Shown: piece after piece, positions 34,930 through 46,624 of the stretch
Numbering within the stretch: the stretch's first letter is position 1
Layout: each line of letters starts with the position of its first letter
Source: Cetorhinus maximus
Lineage: Eukaryota
DNA length: 64,000 bases
Direction: 5' to 3'
Assembly: GCF_964194155.1 (NCBI RefSeq)
Contig: NC_135895.1
Coordinates: forward strand, 84,568,001 to 84,632,000
The notes under the pieces: generated by a model
Database searches by the model: none
What the model saw: only the letters and a program-made list of their open reading frames with translations
What the model was told of the DNA's origin: nothing
Position numbers and translations under genes: made by a program

Positions 34930-36905
34930 ATGAAGAGTGCAGGAGGGCACGCCAGGAGCAGCACCAGGCATACCTAAAAATGAGGTGTTAACCTGGTGAA
35001 GCTACAACACAGGACTACTTGTGTGCTAAACAACATAAGCAGCAGTGTTAGACAGCGCTAAGCGACCCCACAACCAACGGATCAGATCTAAGCTCTGCAG
35101 TCCTGCCACATCCAATTGTGAATGGTGGTGGACAATTAAACAACTCACTGGAGGAGGAGGCTACACGAATATCCCCATCCTCAATGATGGGGGAGCCTAG
35201 CACGTTAGTGCAAAAAATAAGGCTGAAGCATTTGCAACAATCTTTAGCCAGAAGTGCCGAGTGGATGATCCATCTCAGCCCCCAGCATCACAGTTGCTTG
35301 TCTTTAGCCAATTTGATTCACTCCATGTGAAAGCAAGAAATGGCTGAAGGCACTGGATAGTGCAAAGGCTATGTGCCCTGCCAATATTCCGGCGATAGTA
35401 CTGATGACTTGTGCTCCAGAACTTGCCGTATCCCTAGCCAAGCTGTTCCAGTACAGCTACAACACCGGCATCTACCTGGCAATGCGGAAAATTGTCAAGA
35501 TATGTTCTGTACTCAGAAAGCAGGACAAATCAACCCTGCCAATTACCGCCCCATGAGTCTATACTTGATCATCAGTAAAGTAATGGAAGGGATCATCAAC
35601 AGTGCTATCAAGCAGCACTTGATCAGCAATAACCTGCTCACTGCTGCTCAGTTTGAGTTCCACCAGGGTCACTCAACTCCTGACCTCATTACAGCCTTGG
35701 TTCAAACATGGATAAATGAGTTGAACTCCCAAAGTGAGGTGAGACTGACTGCCCTTGACATCAAGGCAACATTTGACCGAGTGTGGCATCAAGGAGCACG
35801 AGCAAAATTGAAGTCAATGGCAATCAGGGGGAAAACTCACCACTGGTTGGAGTCATACCTAGCACAAAGGAAGATGATTGTTGTTGTTGGAGGCCAATCA
35901 TCTTAGTTCCAGGACATCACCGCAGGAGTTTCTCAGGGTAGTGCCCTAGGCCCAACCATCTTCAGCTGCTTCATCAACAACCTTTCTTCCATCATAAGAT
36001 CAGTAGTGGGAATGTTCACTGAGGATTGCACAATTTTCAGCACATTTGTGACTCCTCAGATATTGAAGCAGTCCATGTCCAAATGCAGCAAGACCTGGAC
36101 AATATCCAGGCTTGGGCTGACAAGTAACGTTTGTGCCACACAAGTGATAGGCAATGACCATCTCCAGCAACAGAGAATCTATCCATCATCCCATTGACAT
36201 TCAATGGCATTACCATCACTGAATCCCCCACCATCAACCTCCTGGGGGTTATCATTGACCAGGAACTGAACTGGACTAACCATATAAATACTGTGGCTAC
36301 AAGAGCAGGTCAGAGGCTAGGAATCCTACAATGAGTAACTCAACTCCTGACTCCCAAAGCCTGTCCACCATGTACAAGGCACAAGTCAGGAGTGTGATGG
36401 AATACTCTCCACTTGCCTGGATGAATGCAGCTCCCACAACACTCAAGAAGCTTGGCACCATCCAGGACAAAGCAGTCCACTTGATTGGCACCACATCCAC
36501 AAACATTCACTCTTTTCACCACCGATGCACAGTAGCAGCAGTGTGTACCATCTACAAGATGCACTGCGGAATTCAGCCAGGCTCCTTAGACAGCACCTTC
36601 CAAACCCACAACCACTACCATCTAGAAGGACGAGGGCAGCAGATAGAAGGGAACATCACCACCTGCAAGTTCCCCTCGAATCAGTCACCATCCTGACTTG
36701 GAAATATATCACTGTTCCTTCACTGTCGCTGGGTCAAAATCCTAGAATTCTCTCGCTAACAGCACTGTGGGTGTACCTACACCACATGGACTGCAGTGGT
36801 TCAAGAAGGCAGCTCAGCACCACCTTCTCAAGGGCAATTAGGAATGGGCAATAAATTCTGGCTGAGTCAGCAATGCCCACATCCCCTGAAAGAATTTTTA
36901 AAAAG
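34930..36905 (+). mobile_element. 5'-truncated family B LINE (RT region and tail)
   Basis: NPANYRP, ALDIKATFDRVWH, VRSVMEYSPLAW; collinear with 41416-43405. Confidence 0.9.
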
Positions 36906-37079
36906 GCTTTGGAGAGGGAACAGAGAAGATTTCCCAAAATGATACCGGAGGTGAGGCATTTCAGTTACCTTGAGGGACAGTAGAACCTGGGACTGCTTTC
37001 CTTGGAGCCGAAAGTTTTCTCCTGCCCTTCTATCTAGATATGTTTCATCCTGAGGTATGGAAAATACACGCTTTGTTTT

Positions 37080-37485
37080 AGGAACAGAAGAACATAGGAG
37101 CAGGAGTAGGCCATTTGGCCCATTGAGCCTGCCCTGCCATTCAAACAGATCATGGCTGATCTACAAACAGATCTACCTCTACCCCATTTTCCCCATATCC
37201 CTTTATGTCATTAATATCCAGAAATCTATCGACTTCTGTATGAACATGCTCAATGATTGAGCTTCCACAGCCCTCTGGGGTACAGAATTCCAGATTCACC
37301 GCCCTCTGAGTGAAGAAATTCCTCCTCATCTCAGTCCTAAATAACCTGCCCCTTATTCTGAGCCTGTGTACCCTGGCTCTAGACTCATCAGCCAGGAGAA
37401 ACATCTTACCCACATCCACCCTGTCACGCCCTGTAATAGTTATATAAGTTTCAGTGAGATCACCCCTCACTCTTCGAAACTCAAT
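37080..37485 (-). mobile_element. CR1 3' end fragment
   Basis: MRGDLTETY...EMRRNFFTQRAVNL and tail aggagcaggagtaggcc. Confidence 0.85.
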
Positions 37486-39224
37486 CAGAGATTGATTCAG
37501 CGATTGGTTCTTTACCAGTGTGGGATCCTCCTGATCTTTGGTAGATGGTCAAATAACTGCACTCAATTACGCTTTAGGCTTTAACTACCAAGCACAAATG
37601 GGATGAGTGAAACGAAAGCAATAATACAGCATATATTCTTATGGTACTTAAGCTTAGCTTGCCCTGCAGTATAGTAGAAAATAACAAATAATTGTCAATT
37701 ACTATATTAACTAAAGAATAATTACGTTACTACTTTTTATAATACAGAAACACTTGGCCAGTTAAGAATCATTAGTAGTTTTAGACAGGTTCATTTTAAA
37801 GATTACACAAGATGTCTTGTCCTTTCAAAAGCTCCAAATAGATTATCAAGACATGAAAGAGGGAGGCTGATTAAACCATTTCAAAAATGTTTACTTGAGC
37901 CAAGGTGAAATTTAATTTCAAAAAGCTGTCAATTTGACACACTTCATGTATGCGCGCAATTTAACATAGCTACAATTTAACATTGTTATTAAATATATCC
38001 TGATGCTGTTCTAACACCCATTCTGAGATTATCAGACAGAGCAACGACTGGAGGAGATCACAGAGATAGGGAGGGACGAGACCATGGAGGGATTTTAAAA
38101 TGGGGGCGAGAGTTTTAAAATCAAGACATTGCTTGACAGGAGCTGATGGATTTTGGTGAGCAGGGGTGATAGATGAACAGTCCTTGATGCGAGTTTAGCG
38201 CATTAAGCAAGCAGCAGAGATTCGGATGATGTCACGCTTACAGATTTACTGCATTAATCTCTTCACCTCCACGTCCACCTGAGGTCTGTGTGTGACCTCT
38301 CATTTGCTCGTGGCGCTACCACCTTTGCTGCAGGTGAATGCTGGCTGGGGAGGTGATGCATAGCAACAGGTAGAGGCCATTCAGCTCCTCCAGCCTGTTC
38401 CAGCATCTGCACATATCTCCAACTTGATGCCCCACAGTGCATGATTCTGACCTATGTGCTGTACTCACTGCAGCGGTCCTTGTGTTGTGTTCCCGATGCT
38501 CTGGGTTCACAATGAAGAGCAGACATACATCAGCAAAGGATAAAACTCTTGTTACTTTCAGGAAGTCAAATGCTATACGCTGGATACAGCATTTATTTTA
38601 TTGCCATTTAGCAATCTGCTTAGATTATGCATTATACATTGTGCTTAGATTTACCAGACCCAGTGACCATATTTCCTGTGTCTTTTGCAACCTTCTCCAG
38701 GTTTTTTGTGTTGAGTAGATGCATGGCCTGTGGCTCTGCACCACTGTTGCTGGGCAACTCTCTGTCCCTCTAAAGTGGCCTAGCAAACCACGTTGTTGTA
38801 ACCAACCCATCAGCAGTTCGAGAAGGTGGCCCTCCAACACCTCCCGAGGGGCATCCAGGGGTGCACATGGTGGGATTTGAGCTCTCATTCCCTTGATTAT
38901 TAGTTCGCAGCTGTGCATTTACAGCTGTGTAAAACTTCTTGGCATTTTTAGAAACTTTCTCGACTTTGAGTCTGGATCTTTACTTTGGAGACTGGCTTTC
39001 TGAATTGAAGGGCGGCTAGAATCAAGCACTGTTTGACTGTGAGTGCTGTGGAGCTGAAGGCTTCCCTGTGGAAGTCCAGCATTTTGCAGTTGGAGCTGCA
39101 AATTCCTTTTTGGATAAATACAATAAGATCTTCAGATCATTAATTGCCAAGTACCAATTTGACAAAATACCAAGAGTTCTCCCTCCCTGGGTTACTGACA
39201 CCATTGAACTGCTGCTCTGGGGCA

Positions 39225-42200
39225 GACGGCGACAAGACTAACACCTGGGGGGAACAGCCGAATGGGCTACCCCAGGGATCTCTCTTCACCCCAACCCTAT
39301 TCAACTTGTACACCAATGACCTACACCAACCCAGTCCTGAAAATTTATCCATGCAGATAACAACTGCTGTGGCATCCAGGCCCAGACATTCTCGGAGCTT
39401 GAAGACGCACTAAATGATGATATTACAAAGCTGGCCGACTACCGCAAGACACGGTCCCTACAACCGAGCACCAGTAAAACAGCCTCTAGCACATTCCACT
39501 TTCACAATGCCAGCATTAAGAGGGGACTGAACAGCACCCTGGATGGCCAGAGACTGAAACACAATCCCCATCCTGTTTATCTAGGTGTCACTCTTGACGA
39601 AGATCCACAAACAGACACCGCCTCATCAAGACTGTTGAAAAAATTTAAACCTAAACAGCGTCCTCAGTAAACTGGCCGGTACCTCATGGGGATCAGAGGC
39701 CAAGACCTTAAGGACCTCTGCTGTTGCCATCACAACAACTGCAGAATACTGTATGGTAGGTATTCCCCCCCACCCCAAACTTATTGGTTTGCAACTCAAC
39801 TCAACAATGCGCATCATCACAGGCATTCTTCGACTCACTCACTTCCTCTAGCTCCCAGTCCTCAGCAACATTGCCCGCCCCCTCACCCCTCCACATCAAG
39901 AGGAAAATTGCAACAGGCAAGCTACTGGAGAAGGTGTACTCCAAATCAAGCATACCCTTATTCAATGAACTTCTCAACTCCCCAGCAGTACGACCTCCCT
40001 CACGCCACCCCATATGGTTAAACCCACCATGCTGAGGAGTAACAGCTGAGAGACCCATGGCAGGAGGATTGGCAGAAAACAGCCACCAGAAACCACTGTC
40101 CCTTTGGACTCCGCTGCTCGCTCACCCAGCTTTGATCTTCCGTGGCTACAGGGGGCCTTTTTAAACTGTTTCCGGACTGGCCAAGGCCTCTGTGCAGCCA
40201 CCCATTATTAATGGGGTCGCCAAGATCATCTGGGCTGCAGCTGTGGCGCAGTCCAAATATGACTCACATTGTTGAGGAGTGTCAGCTGACTAAACTTGAA
40301 GGCGGGCTTAAAGGGGAGGTGGTGGCACAGTGGTATTGTCACTGGACTAGTATTCCAGAGACCCGGGGTAATGCTCTGGGGATCCAGATTCGAATCCCAC
40401 CACAGCATTTGGTGGAATTTGAATCTAATAAAAACCTGGAGTTAAAAGTCTAATGATGATTATCCTAAAAACCCACCTGGTTCACCAATCCCTTCAGGGA
40501 GGGAAATCTGGCTAAGGAATGAAACTAGATGTACACTCAACACCGGAAACGACAATGGCAAACTCAGCCCTGTTGACATGGCAAAGCCCAAAACTGGGAG
40601 AGCTGTCTCACAGACTAGTCAAGCAACACCCTGACATAGTCATCCTCACGAAATCATACCTTACAGATAATGTCCCAGACACCACCATCACCATCCCTGG
40701 GTATGTCCTGTCCCATCTGCAGGACAGACCCAGCAGAGGTGGCGGCACAGTGGTGTACAGATGGGAGGAGTTTGCCCTGGGAGTCCTCAACATCCGCTCT
40801 GGACCCCATGAAGCTTCATTAGATTAGGTCAAACGTGAGAAAGAAAACCTCTTGATTACCACGTACCAGCCTCCCTCAACTGATGAATCAGTGCTCCTCC
40901 ATGTTGAACACCACATGGAGGAAGCACTGAGGGTGGAAAGGGCACAGAATGTACTCTGGGTGGGGGAACTTCAATGTCCATCGCCAAGAGTGGCTTGGTA
41001 GCACCACTACTGACCGAGCTGACCAAGTCCTAATTGACATAGCTGCTAGACTAGGTCTGCATCAGGTGTTGAGGGAATCAACAAGAGCGAAAAACATACT
41101 TGACCGCATCCTCACCAACCTGCCTGCCGCAGATGCATCTGTCCATGACAGAATTGGCAGGAGTGACCACCGCACAGTCCTTGTGGAGACGAAGTCCCGT
41201 CTTTACATTGAGGATATCCTCCATCATGTTGTGTGGCACTACCACCGTGCTGAATGGGTTAGATTTCGAACAGATCTAGCAACTCAAGACTGGGCAATCT
41301 TGAGGCACTGTGGGCCATCATCAGCACCAGAATTGTACTCAGCCACAATCTAAACTCATGGCCTGGCATATCCCCACTCGACCATTACCATCAGGCAAGG
41401 GGATAAACCCTGGCTCAATGAAGAGTGCAGGAGGGCATGCTTGGAGCAGCACCAGGCATACTTAAAAATGAGGTGTCAACCTGGTGAAGCTATAACATAG
41501 GACTACTTGCATGCCAGACAGCATAAGCAGCAAGTGATAGACAGAGCTAAGCGATCCCACAACCAACAGATCAGATCTAAGCTCTGCAGTCCCGCCACAT
41601 CCAGTCATGATTGGTGGTGGGCAATTAAACAACTCATTGGAGGAGATGGTTCCACAAATATCCCCATCCTCAATGATGGGGGAGCCCAGCATGTCAGTGC
41701 AAAAGATAAAGCTGAAGCATTTGCAACAATCTTCAGCCAGAAATGCCGAGTGGATGATCCATCTCAGCTCCTCTGGAGGTCCCCAGCACCACAGATTCCA
41801 GTCTTTAGCCAATTCAATTCACTCCATGTGATATCAAGAAACGGCTGAAGGCACTGGATACTGCAGAGGCTACGGGACCTGACAATATTCCGGCAATAGT
41901 ACTGAAGACTTGTGCTCCAGAACTTGCCGCGCCCCTAGCCAAGCTGTTCCAGCACAACTACAACACTGGCATCTACCTGGCAATGTGGAAAATTACCCAG
42001 GTATGTCCTGTACACAAAAAGCAGGACAAATCTAAACTGGCCAGTTACTGTCCCATCAGTCTACTCTCGATCATCAGTAAAGTAATGGAAGGGGTCATCA
42101 ACAATTGTATCAAGCGCCATTACTTAGCAATAACCTGCTCACTGATGGTCAGTTTGGGTTCCGTCAGGATCACTCAGCTCCTGACCTCATTACAGCCTTG

Positions 42201-43480
42201 GTTCAAACATGGAGGAAGAGCTGAACTCTAGACGTGAGGTGAGAGTGACTGCCCTTGACATCAAGGTAACATTTGACTGAGTGTGGCATCAAGGAGCCCT
42301 AGCAAAACTGGAGTCAATGGGAATCAGGGGGAAATCTCTCTGCTGGTTGGAGTCATATCTAGCACAAAGGAAGATGGTTGTGGTTGTTGGAGGTCAATCA
42401 TGTCAGTCCCAGGACATCATTGCAGGTGTTCCTCAAAGTAGTGTCCTAGGCCCAACCATCATCAGCTGCTTCTTCAATGACCTTCCATCATAAGGCCAGA
42501 AGTGGAGAGGTTCGCTGATGATTACATAATGCTCCGCACCATTTGCAACTCCTCAGATACTGAAGCAGTCCATGTCCAAACGCAACAAGTCCTGGACAAT
42601 ATCCAGCCTTGGGCTGACAAGTGGCAAGTAACATTTGCACCACACAAGTGCCAGGTAATCACCATCTCCAACAAGAGAGAATGTAACAATCATCCCTTGA
42701 CATTCAATGACATTACCATTGCTGAATCAATCCTTCACTATCAACATCTTTGGGGTTACCATTGACCAGAAACTGAACTGGACTAGCCATATAATTGCTA
42801 CAACAGCAGGTCAGAGGCTAGGAATCCTGAGGCGAGTAATTCACCTCTTGACTCCCCAAATTCTGCCCACCATCTACACGGCACAAATCAGGAGTGTGAT
42901 GGAATACTCTCCACTTGCCTGGATGAGTGCAGCTCTAACAACACTCAAGAAGCTTGACATTATCCAGGACAAAGCAGCCCACTTGATTGGCACCCCATCC
43001 ACAAACATTCACTCCCTCCACCACCGATACACAGTGGCAGCAGAGTGTACCACCTACAAGATGCACTGCAGGAACTCACCAAGCCTCCTTAGACAGCATC
43101 TTCCAAACCCATGACCACTACCACCTAGAAGGACAAGGGCAGCAGATGGATGGGAACACCAAAACCTGTTTTTTTTCCCTCCAAGCTCCTCACCATTCCG
43201 ACTTGGAAATATATCACTGTTCCTTCACTGTCACTGGGTCAAAATCCTGGAACTCCCTCCCTAACAGCACTGTGGGTGCACCTACACCACATGGACTGCA
43301 GTGATTCAAGAAGAGAGCTCACCACCACATTCTCAAGGGCAATTAGGGATGGGCAATAAATGCTGGCCCCACCAGCGATATCCACATCTAATGCATAAAT
43401 TTTTATTAAAAGTTCCATCTAGCTGCTGACAAGGCTATTGCCTGGCTCTGAGACAGTGCACACGTTAAATAAATAAATAT
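39225..43480 (+). mobile_element. Vingi/Ingi-like LINE 3' portion, split by the LINE at 40313-43405
   Basis: GLPQGSLFTPTLFNLYTNDL, HPVYLGVTLD, KLAGTSWG...TLRTSA and a C-terminal CSCG...THIVEECQLTKLEGGL motif. The frame resumes after 43410 (...HLAADKAIAWL) and ends in a taaataaataaa tail. Confidence 0.7.
40313..43405 (+). mobile_element. Family B LINE (single APE+RT ORF, no ORF1) with a tRNA-derived 5' head
   Basis: Head has A box TGGCACAGTGG and B box GATTCGAATCC. APE motifs PDIVILT.SYL, G.FNVH, SDH, followed by RT motifs and tail gggcaattagggatgggcaataaatgctggcc. TTAAA flanks both ends. Confidence 0.85.
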
Positions 43481-44483
43481 TAAGTGTTACTAATTGAATG
43501 AAAATCAGATTCTGGGCTGCTTAACCTGTTAGAATTCAGCACATTTGTACCAGCGTTATCGGTGTTTTGTTTGGAAGTTCAGCAATTTTCAGCTTGAGTT
43601 TCATGCTTTCTCAATGTCAGGCCAACAATCTATTGCTGAAACTGTTTGTGGCCTTGCACTTCACCTCTATAACTAGGGAACCTCTAGCAAAGCTAGAACA
43701 CGCCATTGCTGAAAATGCTGACTCTATCGGGAAGCAGTACCCCATTGCTAAAATACCAAAGCTCTCTGAGTAGGAGTGCAATCCTCCATTGTCAGACCAA
43801 TGTCTCTGAACCATAGCATAGCCCTCTTCTGCGAGAGCCAGATTTACAGGCTCTCTAATGCGAGTCTTGGGCTCCATTTGTCAAACCACATCTTCCGAAT
43901 GGGAATCCATTAGTTCGCCACTTGAGTGAAAGCCATTGGCACAGCAAGGTCCCGCAGTGTGCCGCATGCACAATCTGAATGGCAATCGCCGCTCTCCCTA
44001 GCTATCTTCGCAGCAGAGTATACTTTTAATACCAAGCTGTGCTTATCAAACGTGATTTGTTGAGACCGTTTAGCAGCAGGCAAGTTAAATTATTTGGGAG
44101 ATTGTTCAAGAGTCAGATTCTGCCAAGCCACTGCTCAGAACAATGTCACCATTCATCAGCATCGTCCTCTGATTGATCAATTAAATAATGCTGGGACCTT
44201 TCCGAACATGTGGTTCAAATTTGGAATTCTTTGTGTTTCGAGGGCTTTATGTTTGTAAAATATGTTGTTGTTGTAACCTTTTAAAATGCTGACAGCTGCC
44301 AACAATTTATACCTAAAATAAAACTCTTGAGTATATTTTAGACAGCACCAGGGGAACTGGCATTCATCACATCTTCAATTAAATCTTGATATCGAGGCTG
44401 TCACAGGTGCCCTAGAATATGTTGTGTGGTAGGATAGTCAAGAGCATGGTGGAACCGCTGTATTCATGGCTTTTTCTCTTTAG

Positions 44484-44697
44484 GTGAAAACCACTTGCTG
44501 ATGTGTATGGAGGATGGCCTGTGGTCGCTCCCTGAGGCCTACTGCAAGGTGGAATGTCTCGCTCCGCCACCAGTAGCCAATGCCAAGCTGCTGGTGCCAA
44601 GGTGTCAACAAGGAGCTCATGACGTTGGTTCTGTCTGCAGATACAAATGCATCCCCGGCTATTATGTTCATGGAAATAACGACAAGAGATCCAGAAA
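44484..44697 (+). CDS. PAPPA2: Pappalysin-2 coding exon, end of CCP2 and CCP3 (phase 1 to 2)
   Basis: Acceptor ttctctttag|GT and donor AGAAA|gtaagt. Encodes [71 protein letters not shown]; WSLPE.YCK.EC, HDVG and GYYV favour PAPPA2 over PAPPA. Confidence 0.95.
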
Positions 44698-45174
44698 GTA
44701 AGTAAGCTAATGCACTTATCCTAAGGTGAAGATCCCAGTGTGAACAAAATGGTGCAGTTGTAACTGGAGGAACCACAGGATGTCCTCTGGAGGTAGCAGA
44801 GCTGTTGACTGCTAATTTCCATGCCTGTGGGTGGGTCAAGCCCTTTAGCCAGTCAGTGCCCACACCAGGGAAGGTCTGTGGTTGTAAATGAAAGGTTCAG
44901 CTGGAACTTCGAAATGCCTGGTCAGCGTGGCGCTCTGTGGTTGTGATCCTCCGCAGGTTGCTGCAGCTTTGGCTGCCGAGGCTCTAATTGTGGAGCCCTC
45001 TGCCCACACCTCTCTCCCCCTTTAAAATGTTCCTTGAAAAACTATCTCTTCGACCAAGCCTGTCTTAATACCTCCTCATGTTGCTCAGTGCCAAATTTGG
45101 TTTGGTAGCGCTCCTGTAAAACGCCTCGGGCTGCTTTACAATGTAAAAGGTGCCACATAAATACATAGAGCATT

Positions 45175-46354
45175 GCTCCTGAGTCGGGTGGTGGGAGTTG
45201 GGAAATTTTCTGGTTTGTTGCGCTCGCTTCGGGTAAAGCGCCCCAAATGGTGGGATCCTCATTCTGGTTGGGGAGGGGGAGGAGGGGGAGACGGCTGCAC
45301 GATGGAATCGGGCCCTCCCCTGGACCCAGATTGGAGGTGGCCACGTGGGATGCCAAGGCGGGCTATTTGAAAGGCACGCCTGGGTTCTCTGGGAGTTCGC
45401 CCCAGTTGTTTGGTTACAATTTGGGTCCCTCACCCCTCTCACCCCAATCTCCACCCACCTACTCCCCATGCCAACTCATATCCCCATCCACCCCCATGGT
45501 CCCTACCACTCTTCCATGCCAACCCACGCCCCCACCAACCCAATGGCCCCTTGTAGCCCCTAATGCTAACTTAGTAACAACTCATGACCTCCACCTTCCT
45601 TTACAGCCTCTGCGCCATCTCAACCTCATCCATTAGGAGCCATCCTGAGATGAAATAAAATTAAGTTCTAAATATTTAATACAGAGTGCACTATGTAAAA
45701 AACACACTGCCACTCATAAAAGCCCTTTAAAAATATTGAAACCTCCTCAAGTACTTAATCCCAATCAAAGCATACAGACTTTTATTCATAACCCTGCATC
45801 AAAGACAGCTAATCCTTTAATAGCCATTTGAACTGTCAATCAAACTGTGAATTTACAACCCCCTCCACTATGTATGTGATAGATTGTGGAAAGCAGCCAA
45901 GCATTAATAATGCTATAATGATAGCACTTAGGGTAATGTCAACAAATTGAAACTGTTAGAACAGATTTTTTTTTTAACTCCCCCAGACATAGCCAGGCAG
46001 TTTTTTTGTTGTTTTTAAAGGGCTGGGGAGTAAAATAACTTGACAGCTTGATAGTTCTACAAACCTTTTCTGCCCTTCAAGAGCATTTACGACTTCTCTA
46101 AAGATTTATAACTCCCACAGTGTGGCATAAGACCCTTGTTCCAGTGAAAATGGGGAAGTTGGAACTCGGCAATGTGTTCAAACGGCCCTGCAGGGTTTGT
46201 GATTCCCACATTGGGGAATCACGTCACGCCTCATTTCCTCCCATCCAGTGGCGAAAATAGGATTCTTTGGAAATAGGGCAAGACTTCTGGATCCAGTTCC
46301 GCACAGTATTTGGCAGGTCCTCAGAGTGTCCTTGATCCAGAGAAAATTCAGGCC
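45175..46354. mobile_element. Probable non-autonomous DNA transposon (Harbinger-type end)
   Basis: Right end gaaaattcaggcc. The interior (ccccatg-rich tract, tgtcaatcaa) resembles 2330-2830. Confidence 0.45.
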
Positions 46355-46365
46355 AAGCTGTTTCA

Positions 46366-46376
46366 TGTGTGTGTTG

Positions 46377-46403
<27 letters not shown>
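46366..46403. repeat. (GT)n microsatellite
   Basis: Direct run of gt dinucleotides with one interruption. Confidence 0.9.
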
Positions 46404-46407
<4 letters not shown>

Positions 46408-46414
46408 ACTAATT

Positions 46415-46624
46415 TGTCCTGGATGGTGTCAAGCTTCTTGAGTGTTGTTGGGAGCTGTACTCATCCAGGCAAATGGAGAGTATTTCATCACATTCCTGAC
46501 TTGTGCCTTATAGACAGGCTTTAGGGAGTCAGGAGGTGAGTCACTCATCACAGGATTCCTAGCCTCTGACCTGCTCTTGTAGCCACAGTATTTATATGGC
46601 TAGTCTAGTTCAGTTTCCGATCAA
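46415..46624 (-). mobile_element. Family B LINE fragment abutting the truncated Gypsy integrase
   Basis: Matches 3274-3490 (tgtcctggatggtgtcaagcttcttga...). Confidence 0.8.

Noticed and set aside
40313-40400. Genuine tRNA gene
   Set aside because: A and B boxes are present but there is no proper cloverleaf, and it is continuous with a retroelement.
9023-44697. Calling the gene PAPPA (pappalysin-1)
   Set aside because: Diagnostic residues (NPLIINV, PPAKLQG, WSLPE.YCK.EC, HDVG, GYYV, no TGPS insertion) fit PAPPA2 better by recall. A phylogeny or synteny check would settle it.
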